Positions 27,782-37,544 of a DNA stretch of 64,000 bases are shown in pieces; position 1 is the stretch's first letter; every line of letters begins with the position of its first letter. Position numbers and translations under genes: made by a program. This stretch comes from Anaerovoracaceae bacterium (GTDB lineage: Bacteria > Bacillota_I > Bacilli_A > Erysipelotrichales > Erysipelotrichaceae), in NCBI GenBank assembly GCA_963606005.1, contig CAVCVO010000054.1, positions 1,988 to 65,987 of the forward strand. The letters run 5' to 3'. Under the pieces are notes generated by a model. That model did not search any database. It had not been told where the DNA came from and saw only the letters and a program-made list of their open reading frames with translations.

Positions 27782-28516
27782 ATGAGCGATGTATTATTAG
27801 CTATAATTTTAGGTCTATGGGCTGGAATTTCAATGGCACTAGATCTATCAGGTATTGGCGTTCGTACTCCAATCATCACTGGTTTATTAACTGGTTTATT
27901 GATTGGCGATTTGCCAACAGGATTATCAATTGGATCAGTAATGTTGATCAACAGTATTGGTTTCTACACATTTGGTGGAGCAACTATTCCTGATTACATT
28001 ACAGCTTCAATCTTTGGAACTATCGTAGGAAGCCGTTCAGGCAGTGTTGATGCAGGTATCGTTGTTGCACAAGGTATCGCATTACTTATGACTCAGATGG
28101 ACGTATTAGGACGTGCTACTACTACTGTATTCCAACACTTAGGTGAAAAGGCATTAGCTGAAAATAATATCGGCAAGTTTGAAACATTCACATTGTTAGG
28201 AACATTACCTTGGATCTTATCAAGAGCTATCCCAGTATTCTTAGGCGTATTATTGATTGACAATATCGTTGTATTAACTAACTTCGCTAATTCAGTTGAC
28301 TGGATCCGTAAAGGTTTAGCTTGTGTTGGTGGATCATTACCAGCTGTTGGATTTGCATTATTATTATCTTATATGGATTTAAAGAAGATGTGGCCATTCT
28401 TCATCGTTGGCTTCTTACTCTATTCATATTGTAAGATGGGAACTTTACCTCTAGTATTAGTAGGTTTAGTTTGTGCATACTTTATTATTAAAGGACAAAA
28501 GGGAGGTGCTGAATAA
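27782..28516 (+). CDS. PTS mannose-family EIIC
   Basis: Polytopic 244-aa protein. AAGGAGG RBS. Confidence 0.85.
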   Translation: MSDVLLAIILGLWAGISMALDLSGIGVRTPIITGLLTGLLIGDLPTGLSIGSVMLINSIGFYTFGGATIPDYITASIFGTIVGSRSGSVDAGIVVAQGIALLMTQMDVLGRATTTVFQHLGEKALAENNIGKFETFTLLGTLPWILSRAIPVFLGVLLIDNIVVLTNFANSVDWIRKGLACVGGSLPAVGFALLLSYMDLKKMWPFFIVGFLLYSYCKMGTLPLVLVGLVCAYFIIKGQKGGAE

Positions 28517-29340
28517 TGACTGCTACTAACGCAAAATTAAGTGAGAGAGCTCTAAAGAGTGCTATCAGTCGTCATAACTGGGCATTACAATGGTGCTGGA
28601 ACTATGAAAAGATGCAAGCTGCAGGTTATGCTTATGCAATGGTACCTGTAATCAAAGAATTATATTCTGATAATGAAGAACGCTGCCGTCACTTAGAGAG
28701 ACATATGCAGTTCTATAACACTCACCCAGGTGCAAGTGCCCTTATCTTAGGTGCAGACGTTGCTTTGGAAGAGTCTTATCAATATGAAACTGGTGACAGC
28801 TTAAAGGTTGCCTTAATGGGCCCATTAGCTGGTATCGGTGATACTATTCAAGCTGTATTAGTAGCTCCACCATTCAATATCATCGCTGCTGGTTTAGCAA
28901 ACGAAGGTAGTGCAGTTGGTGCAATCTTAGCTTCTACTTTACCTTTATTAGCTTTATTCTTACTTCGTTGGCCATTATTCAACTATGGTTATAAGAAGGG
29001 TGTTGACGTTATCAGTGATGTACAGGGTGCTGGACAAATTGATAAATTACAAGTTGGAGCAAGCGTATTAGGTGTTACTGTAATGGGTGGATTCATTCCA
29101 AGTATGATCGGTAAGACATTACCTGTTAAATTAGGACATGATATGACTATCGATGGTCAGACAGTTGCTGCTAAGACTTTACAAGAAGTATTAGATGCAA
29201 TCTTCCCTAATATCGTACCATTAGCATTAACATTTGCTTGTTACTGGTTAATCAAATCTAAGAAAAAATCACCATTATTTGTTATTGGCGTATTATTCGT
29301 TGTAACATTCGTATTAGGTGCAGTAGGCTGGATGGCATAG
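28516..29340 (+). CDS. PTS mannose-family EIID
   Basis: 'ALMGPLAGIGDTIQ' signature. TAATG overlap with EIIC. Confidence 0.85.
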   Translation: MTATNAKLSERALKSAISRHNWALQWCWNYEKMQAAGYAYAMVPVIKELYSDNEERCRHLERHMQFYNTHPGASALILGADVALEESYQYETGDSLKVALMGPLAGIGDTIQAVLVAPPFNIIAAGLANEGSAVGAILASTLPLLALFLLRWPLFNYGYKKGVDVISDVQGAGQIDKLQVGASVLGVTVMGGFIPSMIGKTLPVKLGHDMTIDGQTVAAKTLQEVLDAIFPNIVPLALTFACYWLIKSKKKSPLFVIGVLFVVTFVLGAVGWMA

Positions 29341-29343
29341 TCT

Positions 29344-29829
29344 ATGATCAAACATTTAAGGATAGATAATAGGCTGATCCATGGTCAAGTTGCTGTTACA
29401 TGGATGAATAACATCGGAGCCGATAAGATAATAGTTTGTAATGACAAGGTCGCAGCAGATCCTATTCAAAAGATGGCTCTACCGATGGCCGCTCGTGGAA
29501 ATACAGTATATGTATTCTCTATCGAGGAAACTATCCGTTACGCTCAGGAGCATCCAGATGAAGTTATGTTTGTAATCTGTAAATTCCCGAGTGATGCATT
29601 GGCTGTTATCAAGTCAGGGGTTGAGATCAAAACTGTCAATGTTGGAAATGCAGCTCCGATCGTAGGAACTCAATACAAGATGGTAACTAAATCGATTGCT
29701 GTAACGGAAGAAGACGCAAAGATCTATAGAGAAATTGCTGAATTACGCGGTGGAGAATTGATCAGTCAGTTAACTACAATGAATCCAGCAGATAATTTCT
29801 TGGAACTATTGACTAAAAACGGTCTATAA
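29344..29829 (+). CDS. PTS mannose-family EIIB
   Basis: 'IDNRLIHGQVAVTW' phospho-His loop. Confidence 0.9.
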   Translation: MIKHLRIDNRLIHGQVAVTWMNNIGADKIIVCNDKVAADPIQKMALPMAARGNTVYVFSIEETIRYAQEHPDEVMFVICKFPSDALAVIKSGVEIKTVNVGNAAPIVGTQYKMVTKSIAVTEEDAKIYREIAELRGGELISQLTTMNPADNFLELLTKNGL

Positions 29830-29840
29830 GATAAGTGATG

Positions 29841-29872
29841 ACAGAGCATGTAAAAAGCATGCTCTGTTTTTT
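29841..29872 (+). terminator. intrinsic terminator after PTS locus C
   Basis: 10-bp stem ACAGAGCATG/CATGCTCTGT followed by T6. Confidence 0.75.
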
Positions 29873-30000
29873 GTAATTAAGAAAACGATTTATTGTTGAT
29901 GTTAGACATAAGTGGATATAAATGTTAGTATGTAATTGAATTGAAGGGCAATACAAGAGTGTGATAATGCATTTAGTTGAGAAATGGATGGTAGTTTAAA

Positions 30001-30591
30001 ATGAAAAGATTAGTTGTTATAGGATTAATGTTATTGACTTTAGTTAGTTTGGTAGGGCGTAACAAAAATGAAAAGAACTTTTATGCTTACAGCACATTTG
30101 ATGATGATAAGATCATTGACTTATGTAAAGAAGAGCTAAAAGGAGACTACAACATTGACTTAAGAAAAGATTTTGGAAATGATTACCGGGATAGATTAAA
30201 GGTTTCTGCACCGGTCTTATGGTATGTTTCTGGGGATGATCGTTATCTTTGGGCAGTTCCAGTTTGGCTTGATGGAGTAGATGTTTATTGCTTCATTGGA
30301 ACACAAGCAGATGATGGTACACTAGAAGTCATAACTAGATGGTCATATACATCTTCATCAGAGGAAGTAAAAGAAAGTACAAATCATTTAAATGAATGGA
30401 TTAATTTTGCAGATAAAACCACAGAGCAAGAGCCTATGTTCATTTATACTGCGACGTTAATTGATGGGCAATCACAAGTATATGTTGTAATTGGCGATAA
30501 AGCTTATAACACTAATGCTAAAGAAGATGTGATAGATAATTCTTTTGGCATAGATTTGTCTAATACTCATGTAGTTAATTTTGGTTATTAA
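30001..30591 (+). CDS. exported/anchored hypothetical protein
   Basis: N-terminal signal/anchor 'MKRLVVIGLMLLTLVSLVG'. No recognisable domain. Confidence 0.45.
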   Translation: MKRLVVIGLMLLTLVSLVGRNKNEKNFYAYSTFDDDKIIDLCKEELKGDYNIDLRKDFGNDYRDRLKVSAPVLWYVSGDDRYLWAVPVWLDGVDVYCFIGTQADDGTLEVITRWSYTSSSEEVKESTNHLNEWINFADKTTEQEPMFIYTATLIDGQSQVYVVIGDKAYNTNAKEDVIDNSFGIDLSNTHVVNFGY

Positions 30592-30621
30592 AAAAGGAAA
30601 TCTATATTTGGATTTCCTTTT
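30592..30621. terminator. bidirectional terminator
   Basis: 11-bp stem AAAAGGAAATC/GATTTCCTTTT between convergent genes. Confidence 0.7.
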
Positions 30622-30625
30622 ATGA

Positions 30626-31090
30626 CTATTTGATCTTGTCTTTGATCAGATCTAAGGCGTATGGATATAAAGACTTTTTTTCACCACTATATAGCTCTAC
30701 TGTCGCTTTAGCAAGTGGTATATTAGAGTTTTTATAACAACGTTTGATGTTAGAATATAGTACTTGCTTGCCATCAATGATACATCTTTGATCATTGTAG
30801 TAGAAGTTCATGTAGTTTTTATTATAGATGAACTCACTTATTGCTTCTATTGCGATAGCTATTGATACTGATACTAAAGTACCATTATCTTCTTTAATGC
30901 CGAAGTATAAGCAGAATAAGGCAAAAACAAATAATACTACAAGTAACCAACTATAGTGTTTGAAAAAAGACACTTTCTTATATTGGTCTAATCTGATCTG
31001 ACTTAGGGCTTCTTCCTGTTTTTTCTTACGGTAAACGGAATATAGTACGAATACTACCCCTAATAATAAACCGGCGATATATTTGATCAT
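30626..31090 (-). CDS. small membrane protein, unknown function
   Basis: Three hydrophobic helices followed by a short soluble tail. Confidence 0.45.
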   Translation of the reverse strand: MIKYIAGLLLGVVFVLYSVYRKKKQEEALSQIRLDQYKKVSFFKHYSWLLVVLFVFALFCLYFGIKEDNGTLVSVSIAIAIEAISEFIYNKNYMNFYYNDQRCIIDGKQVLYSNIKRCYKNSNIPLAKATVELYSGEKKSLYPYALDLIKDKIK

Positions 31091-31174
31091 AAGTTAAGAT
31101 CTCCTTGAAAATATTATATACCAATCTAATGATTTTTTGTGTATAATCGTAATTAGAAAAGAGGAATAAATTAT

Positions 31175-31690
31175 ATGAATCCGATAATTTATCAAGATAT
31201 TACAGAAGTACAGACTAAGGGTAATAAAGTCAAATCTATTGGCTATAAACCTGTCTTTGCGACTATCGTCATCGCAATCTTAGCTATTTGTTTGATCGCT
31301 ACTTTAAATTGGGCTGCTATCGTATTAGGGGCATTTATATTGATCATTGATATTGTTACTATTATTTGTGTTAAAGATCGTACAGTCATGGATATTTATG
31401 ATCAAGGTGTTTTACTTTATGATAGTGATGATAACTCTAAAGCTTATTTCATTGATTATGCTGATGTTCAAAGATGGACAGCTAAGAAGAATAATGGTGC
31501 TAATGAAGCTATCTATTTTAAACTTAATGATGGTACAGAGATCTATAAGAATACTTTCCAATCTTCTAAAGCTTTCCGTCAATTAAACTTACTGATTGGT
31601 GATAAGGAAGAATTGGCTATCAAAAGTAAGAATCTACAAGTGTCTATTAAAAATCCATTTAAGGATTGGTTCAAAAAAAAGGATAAGTGA
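31175..31690 (+). CDS. membrane protein with two-helix hairpin and C-terminal soluble (PH-like?) domain
   Basis: 'FATIVIAILAICLIATLNWAAIVLGAFILIIDIVTIICV' forms the hairpin. GAGGAA RBS. Confidence 0.45.
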   Translation: MNPIIYQDITEVQTKGNKVKSIGYKPVFATIVIAILAICLIATLNWAAIVLGAFILIIDIVTIICVKDRTVMDIYDQGVLLYDSDDNSKAYFIDYADVQRWTAKKNNGANEAIYFKLNDGTEIYKNTFQSSKAFRQLNLLIGDKEELAIKSKNLQVSIKNPFKDWFKKKDK

Positions 31691-31696
31691 TATTAC

Positions 31697-32854
31697 TTAT
31701 CCTTGCGAGAACTCAACAAGAGTATCTACTAATTGTTGTTTAGTTTCTTTAGTTAAGACATCAGTAAATGTTTCATAAGTTAATAGTGTTTTATTTATCG
31801 GTGTGACATATGGTGAATAACCATTACTGTAACATACAAGTATTGTGTTGTTATCATTAACTAGAGACAAATAGTAAGAGAATAATTCATTTGGAGCAAA
31901 GATGATCTTGAGCTTACCTAAGGTGAGTCTAGTCAAGATCATTTCTTTTTGTAGTTTTTCTGGATGCTCTTTTAGCTTGCTACGAACGATCTTGCCAAAT
32001 TCAATTGTTTCTAATTCTCTTGCACTGAGATTTGTTGGTAAGTTACTTAGATCGATATCTTCAAAACTACATTTAGTCTCTATAACTTTTTCTTTGATGG
32101 TGAAATTATCTAACGAATAATGAGTTGCTTTGCTTTGCTTTAACTCTAATATTTTTTCATATAATTTTGTAGCTAATTCAATGACATCCTGATAGTGTTG
32201 ACCACTTCTTGTAAATCTTGTTGAGACATCTCCTGCAGCTCCTTGTAGGAAAGTAGAGAAACAATCTTCTTTTTCAGTTAACTTTTCTAAGAAGTAACCA
32301 ACATATTCAGCAGAGAAAAAGTCTGTTTCATCAGCTGATAGGATCGTTGGATGACAATTATAGTTGATGATATTAGCAATTAGTTTATCTTTATCAAAGA
32401 TTTCTACAAGATTTAGTATTACTAAAGCTTGATGATCAGTGATCCTACTAGTGCCTACTTCCTGATATGGGATCTTGCGATAAGTATAAGTAAGATCTGC
32501 TGTAGTAAACTTTAACTCTTTGATTGCTTGAGTTAGTTGAGCTACTAATTGATCATGATAAGCAGTATTAGTTGTATCACCACTATAATGAGTATGAGTA
32601 GCTGATAGGATAAGATGGACTGGCTTATCAAATGAATCTTTGATGTTTTCTAATATCTCTGTTGTGTAATTGTATAAGAAACCTAAGACATCACAACTGA
32701 TATTGATGAAGATCTTTTCATCATCTTCTAAAGCAAATACCCTTGCATGTAAGTGATCATTGACTTTACTAATAGGGTTTACTTGTTGAAGGTGACCTGA
32801 TTGTTTGACTGGCTTATTTGGATCGATCACGATCCTGCTAAATGCATAACGCAT
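31697..32854 (-). CDS. neutral/alkaline ceramidase-like amidohydrolase (paralogue 2)
   Basis: 'LSATHTHYSGD', 'NCHPTIL', 'QGAAGDVSTRF' and 'YSNGYSPY' are arranged as in the 7109-8356 product. Confidence 0.55.
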   Translation of the reverse strand: MRYAFSRIVIDPNKPVKQSGHLQQVNPISKVNDHLHARVFALEDDEKIFINISCDVLGFLYNYTTEILENIKDSFDKPVHLILSATHTHYSGDTTNTAYHDQLVAQLTQAIKELKFTTADLTYTYRKIPYQEVGTSRITDHQALVILNLVEIFDKDKLIANIINYNCHPTILSADETDFFSAEYVGYFLEKLTEKEDCFSTFLQGAAGDVSTRFTRSGQHYQDVIELATKLYEKILELKQSKATHYSLDNFTIKEKVIETKCSFEDIDLSNLPTNLSARELETIEFGKIVRSKLKEHPEKLQKEMILTRLTLGKLKIIFAPNELFSYYLSLVNDNNTILVCYSNGYSPYVTPINKTLLTYETFTDVLTKETKQQLVDTLVEFSQG

Positions 32855-33022
32855 AGATATTAACTCCTTTCTTTAGTTATTTCTGTTAACTAAAATGTAG
32901 CACAATTATCTCTTATCTTCAATAAAAGAAATACGCAATTTTTTTCCTTGTGATAGTCAACTATATTTACTGAATAAAAAAATATTGATGATAGAATTTA
33001 ATTGTTAGAAAAGAGGGTAATT

Positions 33023-34153
33023 ATGATAATTCAAAGTAAGAAAGTATATTATCAAGAACAATTTCAACCATTACAGATAGAGATCAAAGAGGGAAAGATC
33101 AAGGGTATTTATCCTTATGGCTTATTTAAAGATGTTAAAGATTATGATAATGCGATGATACTACCAGGGCTCATTGATATCCATAATCACGGTTATGGCG
33201 GTTGTGATAGTAATCGTGCAACGGTTGCCTGGGTTAAGAAATGGGCTAAGTATTTACCAACGGAGGGCGTTACTTCTTTTTGCCCTACAACCAGTAGTGC
33301 TCCCCATAAACAAGTATTAGAAGGCATGAGAAATATTGCTCAAGCTGTAAAGGAAGGTTATGAAGGTAGTAATATCTTAGGCATCTATAGTGAAGGACCT
33401 TTTATATCTTTTGATTATAGAGGTGCTCAAAGTTGGGAGAATTATCTGATCCCTACTAAAGAGATCATTGATCAGTATTTAGAAGCAAGTGATAATAGAC
33501 TAATCTATGTAATGCTCGCTCCAGAAATGTTAACTGATATGAGTGTTATCAAATATTGTGTTTCTAAAGGTATCAAAGTAGCTATTGGTCATTCTGGAGC
33601 AAGCTTTAAACAATGTGAAGAAGCGATTAATGCTGGTGCTAAAAGCTTCACGCATACTTTTAATGGTATGAAGGGATTACATCATAGGGAAACTGGAACA
33701 GTAGGAGCAGCAATGTATTTTGATGATGCATATGCTGAACTTATTGGTGATGGCGTTCATGTTTCTTTTGAGGCTGCTCATATCTTAGCTAAGGTTAAAG
33801 GTAAAGATAAGCTTATCACGGTTACTGATTCAGTGGACTTAAAAGGTTTACCGATGGGCGAGAATGTGATAAATGGTGAGACATTTATTGTTGATGAAAA
33901 TGTAGCTAGATTAAAAGATGGCACATTAGATGGTTCAGTCAATAGATTAAATGTTTTACTAAAAAGAGAGATAAGGCAAGCTCATATTGATGTAGTAACA
34001 GCAATCAATTCTGTTACTTGTAATCCTGCTACCTTATTAGGTTATTCTGATCGTAAGGGTTATATCAAAGAAAACTATGATGCTGATATAGTGGTATTAG
34101 ATGAGGCATTTGAACCTATACAGACTTATATAGCTGGTAAAGAAATGTTATAA
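33023..34153 (+). CDS. nagA: N-acetylglucosamine-6-phosphate deacetylase family
   Basis: 'LPGLIDIHNHGYGG', 'GIYSEGPFIS', 'IGHSGA' and 'HTFNGM'. ATG 33023 is preceded by AGAGGG. Confidence 0.8.
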   Translation: MIIQSKKVYYQEQFQPLQIEIKEGKIKGIYPYGLFKDVKDYDNAMILPGLIDIHNHGYGGCDSNRATVAWVKKWAKYLPTEGVTSFCPTTSSAPHKQVLEGMRNIAQAVKEGYEGSNILGIYSEGPFISFDYRGAQSWENYLIPTKEIIDQYLEASDNRLIYVMLAPEMLTDMSVIKYCVSKGIKVAIGHSGASFKQCEEAINAGAKSFTHTFNGMKGLHHRETGTVGAAMYFDDAYAELIGDGVHVSFEAAHILAKVKGKDKLITVTDSVDLKGLPMGENVINGETFIVDENVARLKDGTLDGSVNRLNVLLKREIRQAHIDVVTAINSVTCNPATLLGYSDRKGYIKENYDADIVVLDEAFEPIQTYIAGKEML

Positions 34154-34177
34154 ACGCGATAATGTTCGCGTTTTTTA
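34152..34177 (+). terminator. intrinsic terminator after nagA
   Basis: Stem AAACGCGA/TCGCGTTT followed by a T-run. Confidence 0.65.
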
Positions 34178-34240
34178 TTGGGGTTGGGTTATAATTGAAT
34201 AAGCAATTGGAGGATAAGGTAATGGTTGAAAGGATTAGTC

Positions 34241-36172
34241 ATGAGTCAGAATTATAGGCAGAAGATCATCCTTTTTGATCTCTTATCACAAGATGGACCA
34301 TTAGATTATGATCATTTTACTAATATCTTGGAAGTGACTAAAAGGACGATCAGAGAAGATGTTAGAGTGATCAATGATGAGTATAAAGATGACTTGCATA
34401 TCTCTTTTAAAAAGAATGAGGGTTTCTTTTTAGAAATATCGGATGAGAAAAAAGAAAAGATGATCAGAGATATGAAAGGTAGATATACAGATATCTTTGA
34501 TGCTAGTTTATCTCTTTCGAAAAATAGTCAGAGCATCTTATTAGAGTTATTTACAGCTAATGATTATGTTAAGGTTGATAAACTTACTAGTAAACTATTT
34601 GTCAATAAAAGAACCATCACTAATATCTTAGGTAATATCCGTAAACAACTAGAACCATATGAACTAAAATTAGTAAGCAGGCCACATTATGGTATGTTTA
34701 TCTCAGGAGAAGAGGTTAAATATCGTTGTTGTTGTGTTGATATCTTTTACAATAGCCTTTCTCAAAGGGATTTTAACGATACTATCTTAGTTAAGATCAA
34801 AGAGGTGGAAAATATCATTACTGACTATTTCATCACTATTGATAAAGAGATAGCTCAATCGGCCCTCTTAAGATTAGCATTAATGATCTTAGTCTCTTAT
34901 GATCGTATTGTTAAAAAACATGAAGTAGAATTTAATGATGAACAAAATGAATTATTAGATAGACTAACTGGTTGTATTGATCTTTTTGGGTTAATAGACA
35001 AGTTAGAACATTGTCTAGATATTAGATATAGTTCTGATGAAAAGAAATGGGTAATGTTAGTTGTTACTTTAGAATGTTTAAACTTGATAGAAGAAAATTA
35101 TGATAAGTTAGCTGATGATAAAAGTGATGAATTAACAAGAGGGGTTTATGACTTATTGGACAAGTTATATGTTATAGGTAGTAGTGATAGTAGTTATTTA
35201 GATAAGTATCTTAAAGCTGATATCTTAAGGTTATATCTGATAGCTAAATTTAATATCTATAACAATTGTTTAAGTGCTTCTTCTGTCAATACGATAAGCC
35301 AATCTGGCTTATCTATTGCGATAACGGATAGGATCATTAGTTATATTGGGGAGAAACTAGATTTTCATTATGGTAATTCTTCTTTCTTTAGGAGTGCTTT
35401 CTTAGTTTATTCTTTGATAAGAAGCATCAATAATATCGGTAGGAAAGTTGATATCGCTGTTTATACTCCTTTTGGAAAGATCAATAGTCGTTCTTTAAAA
35501 AGAAGGATCGAGAATTCTTGGTTAGAAGTCATTGATAAGATCGATTGTTTGTCTTATAACGATTTATTCAGCAAGAAAATATATGAGTATGATCATTTAG
35601 TCTATAGTGACTGTCTGTTACCTGATATTGATTTAAAGCAAGTTAAACCATTACAAGTAGATTATCTTTTTACTAATGAAGATTCTCATCATTTTTATGA
35701 GGAAGTTGTTATTCCTTCTAGGATCTATCATCGAGCTTTTTCAACAGTTTATATGGAAGATTACATTTATGATCATAAGTATACTAGTTTAAATAACTTA
35801 AAGAAGTTACTTAAAGAAAATGTTACAAACAATGATATTTTAAGTCAGATAGACGCACTAAAGATAACCTTAGGTAATTTGCATTATGGCATTTTGACTT
35901 GGGTGGTTTTCTGTAAAGATAAAAAGGATACTTTTAGTAAACTTATCTATTTAAATAATTACGCAAAGGAAGATGATTATAAGTTTAATAGGATCTTTTT
36001 CCATTGTATCGCTTTAGAATGTGATTTAATAAGTGTCAAGACAGCTGAGAAAGTGATAAGAAATATCATCACTTTTATATCCACTGATGATACGATCAAT
36101 AGAAAACCATATATTGATTTTTATGACTATTATATTTCTAATAGTTTCAATAAGTTAGGGCATAGAAAATAA
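34241..36172 (+). CDS. PRD-type transcriptional regulator (second LicR/MtlR-like copy)
   Basis: N-terminal HTH 'HFTNILEVTKRTIREDVRVINDEY' and second HTH 'VDKLTSKLFVNKRTITNILGNIRKQL'. Length is similar to the 5216-7096 product. The start is uncertain (34226 TTG or 34241 ATG). Confidence 0.6.
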   Translation: MSQNYRQKIILFDLLSQDGPLDYDHFTNILEVTKRTIREDVRVINDEYKDDLHISFKKNEGFFLEISDEKKEKMIRDMKGRYTDIFDASLSLSKNSQSILLELFTANDYVKVDKLTSKLFVNKRTITNILGNIRKQLEPYELKLVSRPHYGMFISGEEVKYRCCCVDIFYNSLSQRDFNDTILVKIKEVENIITDYFITIDKEIAQSALLRLALMILVSYDRIVKKHEVEFNDEQNELLDRLTGCIDLFGLIDKLEHCLDIRYSSDEKKWVMLVVTLECLNLIEENYDKLADDKSDELTRGVYDLLDKLYVIGSSDSSYLDKYLKADILRLYLIAKFNIYNNCLSASSVNTISQSGLSIAITDRIISYIGEKLDFHYGNSSFFRSAFLVYSLIRSINNIGRKVDIAVYTPFGKINSRSLKRRIENSWLEVIDKIDCLSYNDLFSKKIYEYDHLVYSDCLLPDIDLKQVKPLQVDYLFTNEDSHHFYEEVVIPSRIYHRAFSTVYMEDYIYDHKYTSLNNLKKLLKENVTNNDILSQIDALKITLGNLHYGILTWVVFCKDKKDTFSKLIYLNNYAKEDDYKFNRIFFHCIALECDLISVKTAEKVIRNIITFISTDDTINRKPYIDFYDYYISNSFNKLGHRK

Positions 36173-36191
36173 GAAAACTGGAGTAGAAACT

Positions 36192-37394
36192 TCACTGATG
36201 CTTTTCACGATAGTCGCTTGGCGAAGTGCCAACATATGTTTTGAAAACACGGGAGAAGTGGCTAGCAGAAGAAAAGCCAAGATATGATCCGATCGCAGTC
36301 AGAGGTTTATCCGAATAACGAAGAAGCCTTTTTGCCTCCTCTGTTTTTTCTTTCAGAATGAAGTCTGTGATATTTTCTCCTACATCTTCCTTGAACTTCT
36401 TTGATAAATATGGTCGGCTCATATACAATGCTTTTGCGATGTCTTCAGTTTTGATGGCATCAGAAAGATGGTGTTGGACATAATTTGCGACATCTATCAC
36501 TAGTTTAGAAGGCGTTTTACCATGACATAACCTTTCTACTCGTTCGGTGTAATCTAAAAGCATACGATATTGTAGGTTTGTGATATCTTCATCTGTACTC
36601 AATAGTTCACAATGTTGAATATAAGAATCGCTGAGAGTGAAAGCATCATCTATCTGCATACCTCCTTGGATCGCGGCACGAGAGGTTAGTGTTGCTGTGA
36701 CGATAAAAAGATTCTTTCTTTGGCGCAATGGCTCTTTTGCTAGGACACCTCCTCGGATGGCTGGAGCTGAGCCAAGCCATTCTCTTAATGCTGCACTATC
36801 TCCTTTGCGTACCATACGTAAAAGAAGTTGTTCTATATCATAGGTATTATGTTCTGTCGGTGGTTGATCACTTGCTAAAGTGTTGGAAAAACTTTCTTTA
36901 GCATGTTGTTTTTCTTGTTGAAGAATGATTTCTGCTTGTTCATTTTCTCGGATGCTGATATCTTTTAACTTCAGCTTCTCACCATTTAATACATAATTTA
37001 TTGTGCATAACATTTGAAGGATACTTTCAATTGGCATACGCACAATGTTGCGAATACCAGCTATCAAAGCATTCGCCTCATCGGATGATAAATCCAAATG
37101 AAAGGCAAGTTCACGAAGCTCTTGCTCTGTTTCGATGATCTGTCTAGTTGGTCCCACAACGATCTTTATTTGTTGACAGTTGACAACACCATAGTAATGA
37201 AATTGTGGTGTGATGCAATAGCCTACATGATCTGTGATCGCAAAAATTTCATCTTTGCATAGTAGCATAGGATCTTTTGGTAGATATATGACAGAATAGT
37301 AAAAGGTCTGTTTGCCATTTTCGAAAATACGTATTGGTATTCCTGCTAGATTTCCAATTGTTGTACATAAATATTGTAGATCGATATTTTCCAT
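36192..37394 (-). CDS. AraC-family transcriptional regulator
   Basis: C-terminal double HTH ('IAKALYMSRPYLSKKFKEDVG', 'AIGSYLGFSSASHFSRVFKTYVGTSPSDYR'). Divergent from the rhamnoside operon. Confidence 0.8.
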   Translation of the reverse strand: MENIDLQYLCTTIGNLAGIPIRIFENGKQTFYYSVIYLPKDPMLLCKDEIFAITDHVGYCITPQFHYYGVVNCQQIKIVVGPTRQIIETEQELRELAFHLDLSSDEANALIAGIRNIVRMPIESILQMLCTINYVLNGEKLKLKDISIRENEQAEIILQQEKQHAKESFSNTLASDQPPTEHNTYDIEQLLLRMVRKGDSAALREWLGSAPAIRGGVLAKEPLRQRKNLFIVTATLTSRAAIQGGMQIDDAFTLSDSYIQHCELLSTDEDITNLQYRMLLDYTERVERLCHGKTPSKLVIDVANYVQHHLSDAIKTEDIAKALYMSRPYLSKKFKEDVGENITDFILKEKTEEAKRLLRYSDKPLTAIGSYLGFSSASHFSRVFKTYVGTSPSDYREKHQ

Positions 37395-37544
37395 TTGCTT
37401 CCCTCCAAAAGATGATACAATTATATCAATTCAATTACAAATGAGCAAGTTTATAAAAAATGGCTGTGATATACTTTCAACGAAGAATAGCCGTAGACTA
37501 TAAATCTTCGGCACTTTTGCATAAAAATATGGGAGGAAACAACA

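Noticed and set aside
27760-27993. 77-aa ORF overlapping the start of EIIC in another frame.
   Set aside because: The W/N/I-rich product has no similarity to anything. It is wholly contained in the 5' end of a confidently assigned EIIC gene, which has the proper RBS.
31347-31778. Alternative-frame ORFs 31347-31586 and 31596-31778.
   Set aside because: They are embedded in or overlap the 31175-31690 membrane-protein gene and the 3' end of the ceramidase-like gene. Their M/L/I-rich composition is typical of out-of-frame AT-rich sequence.
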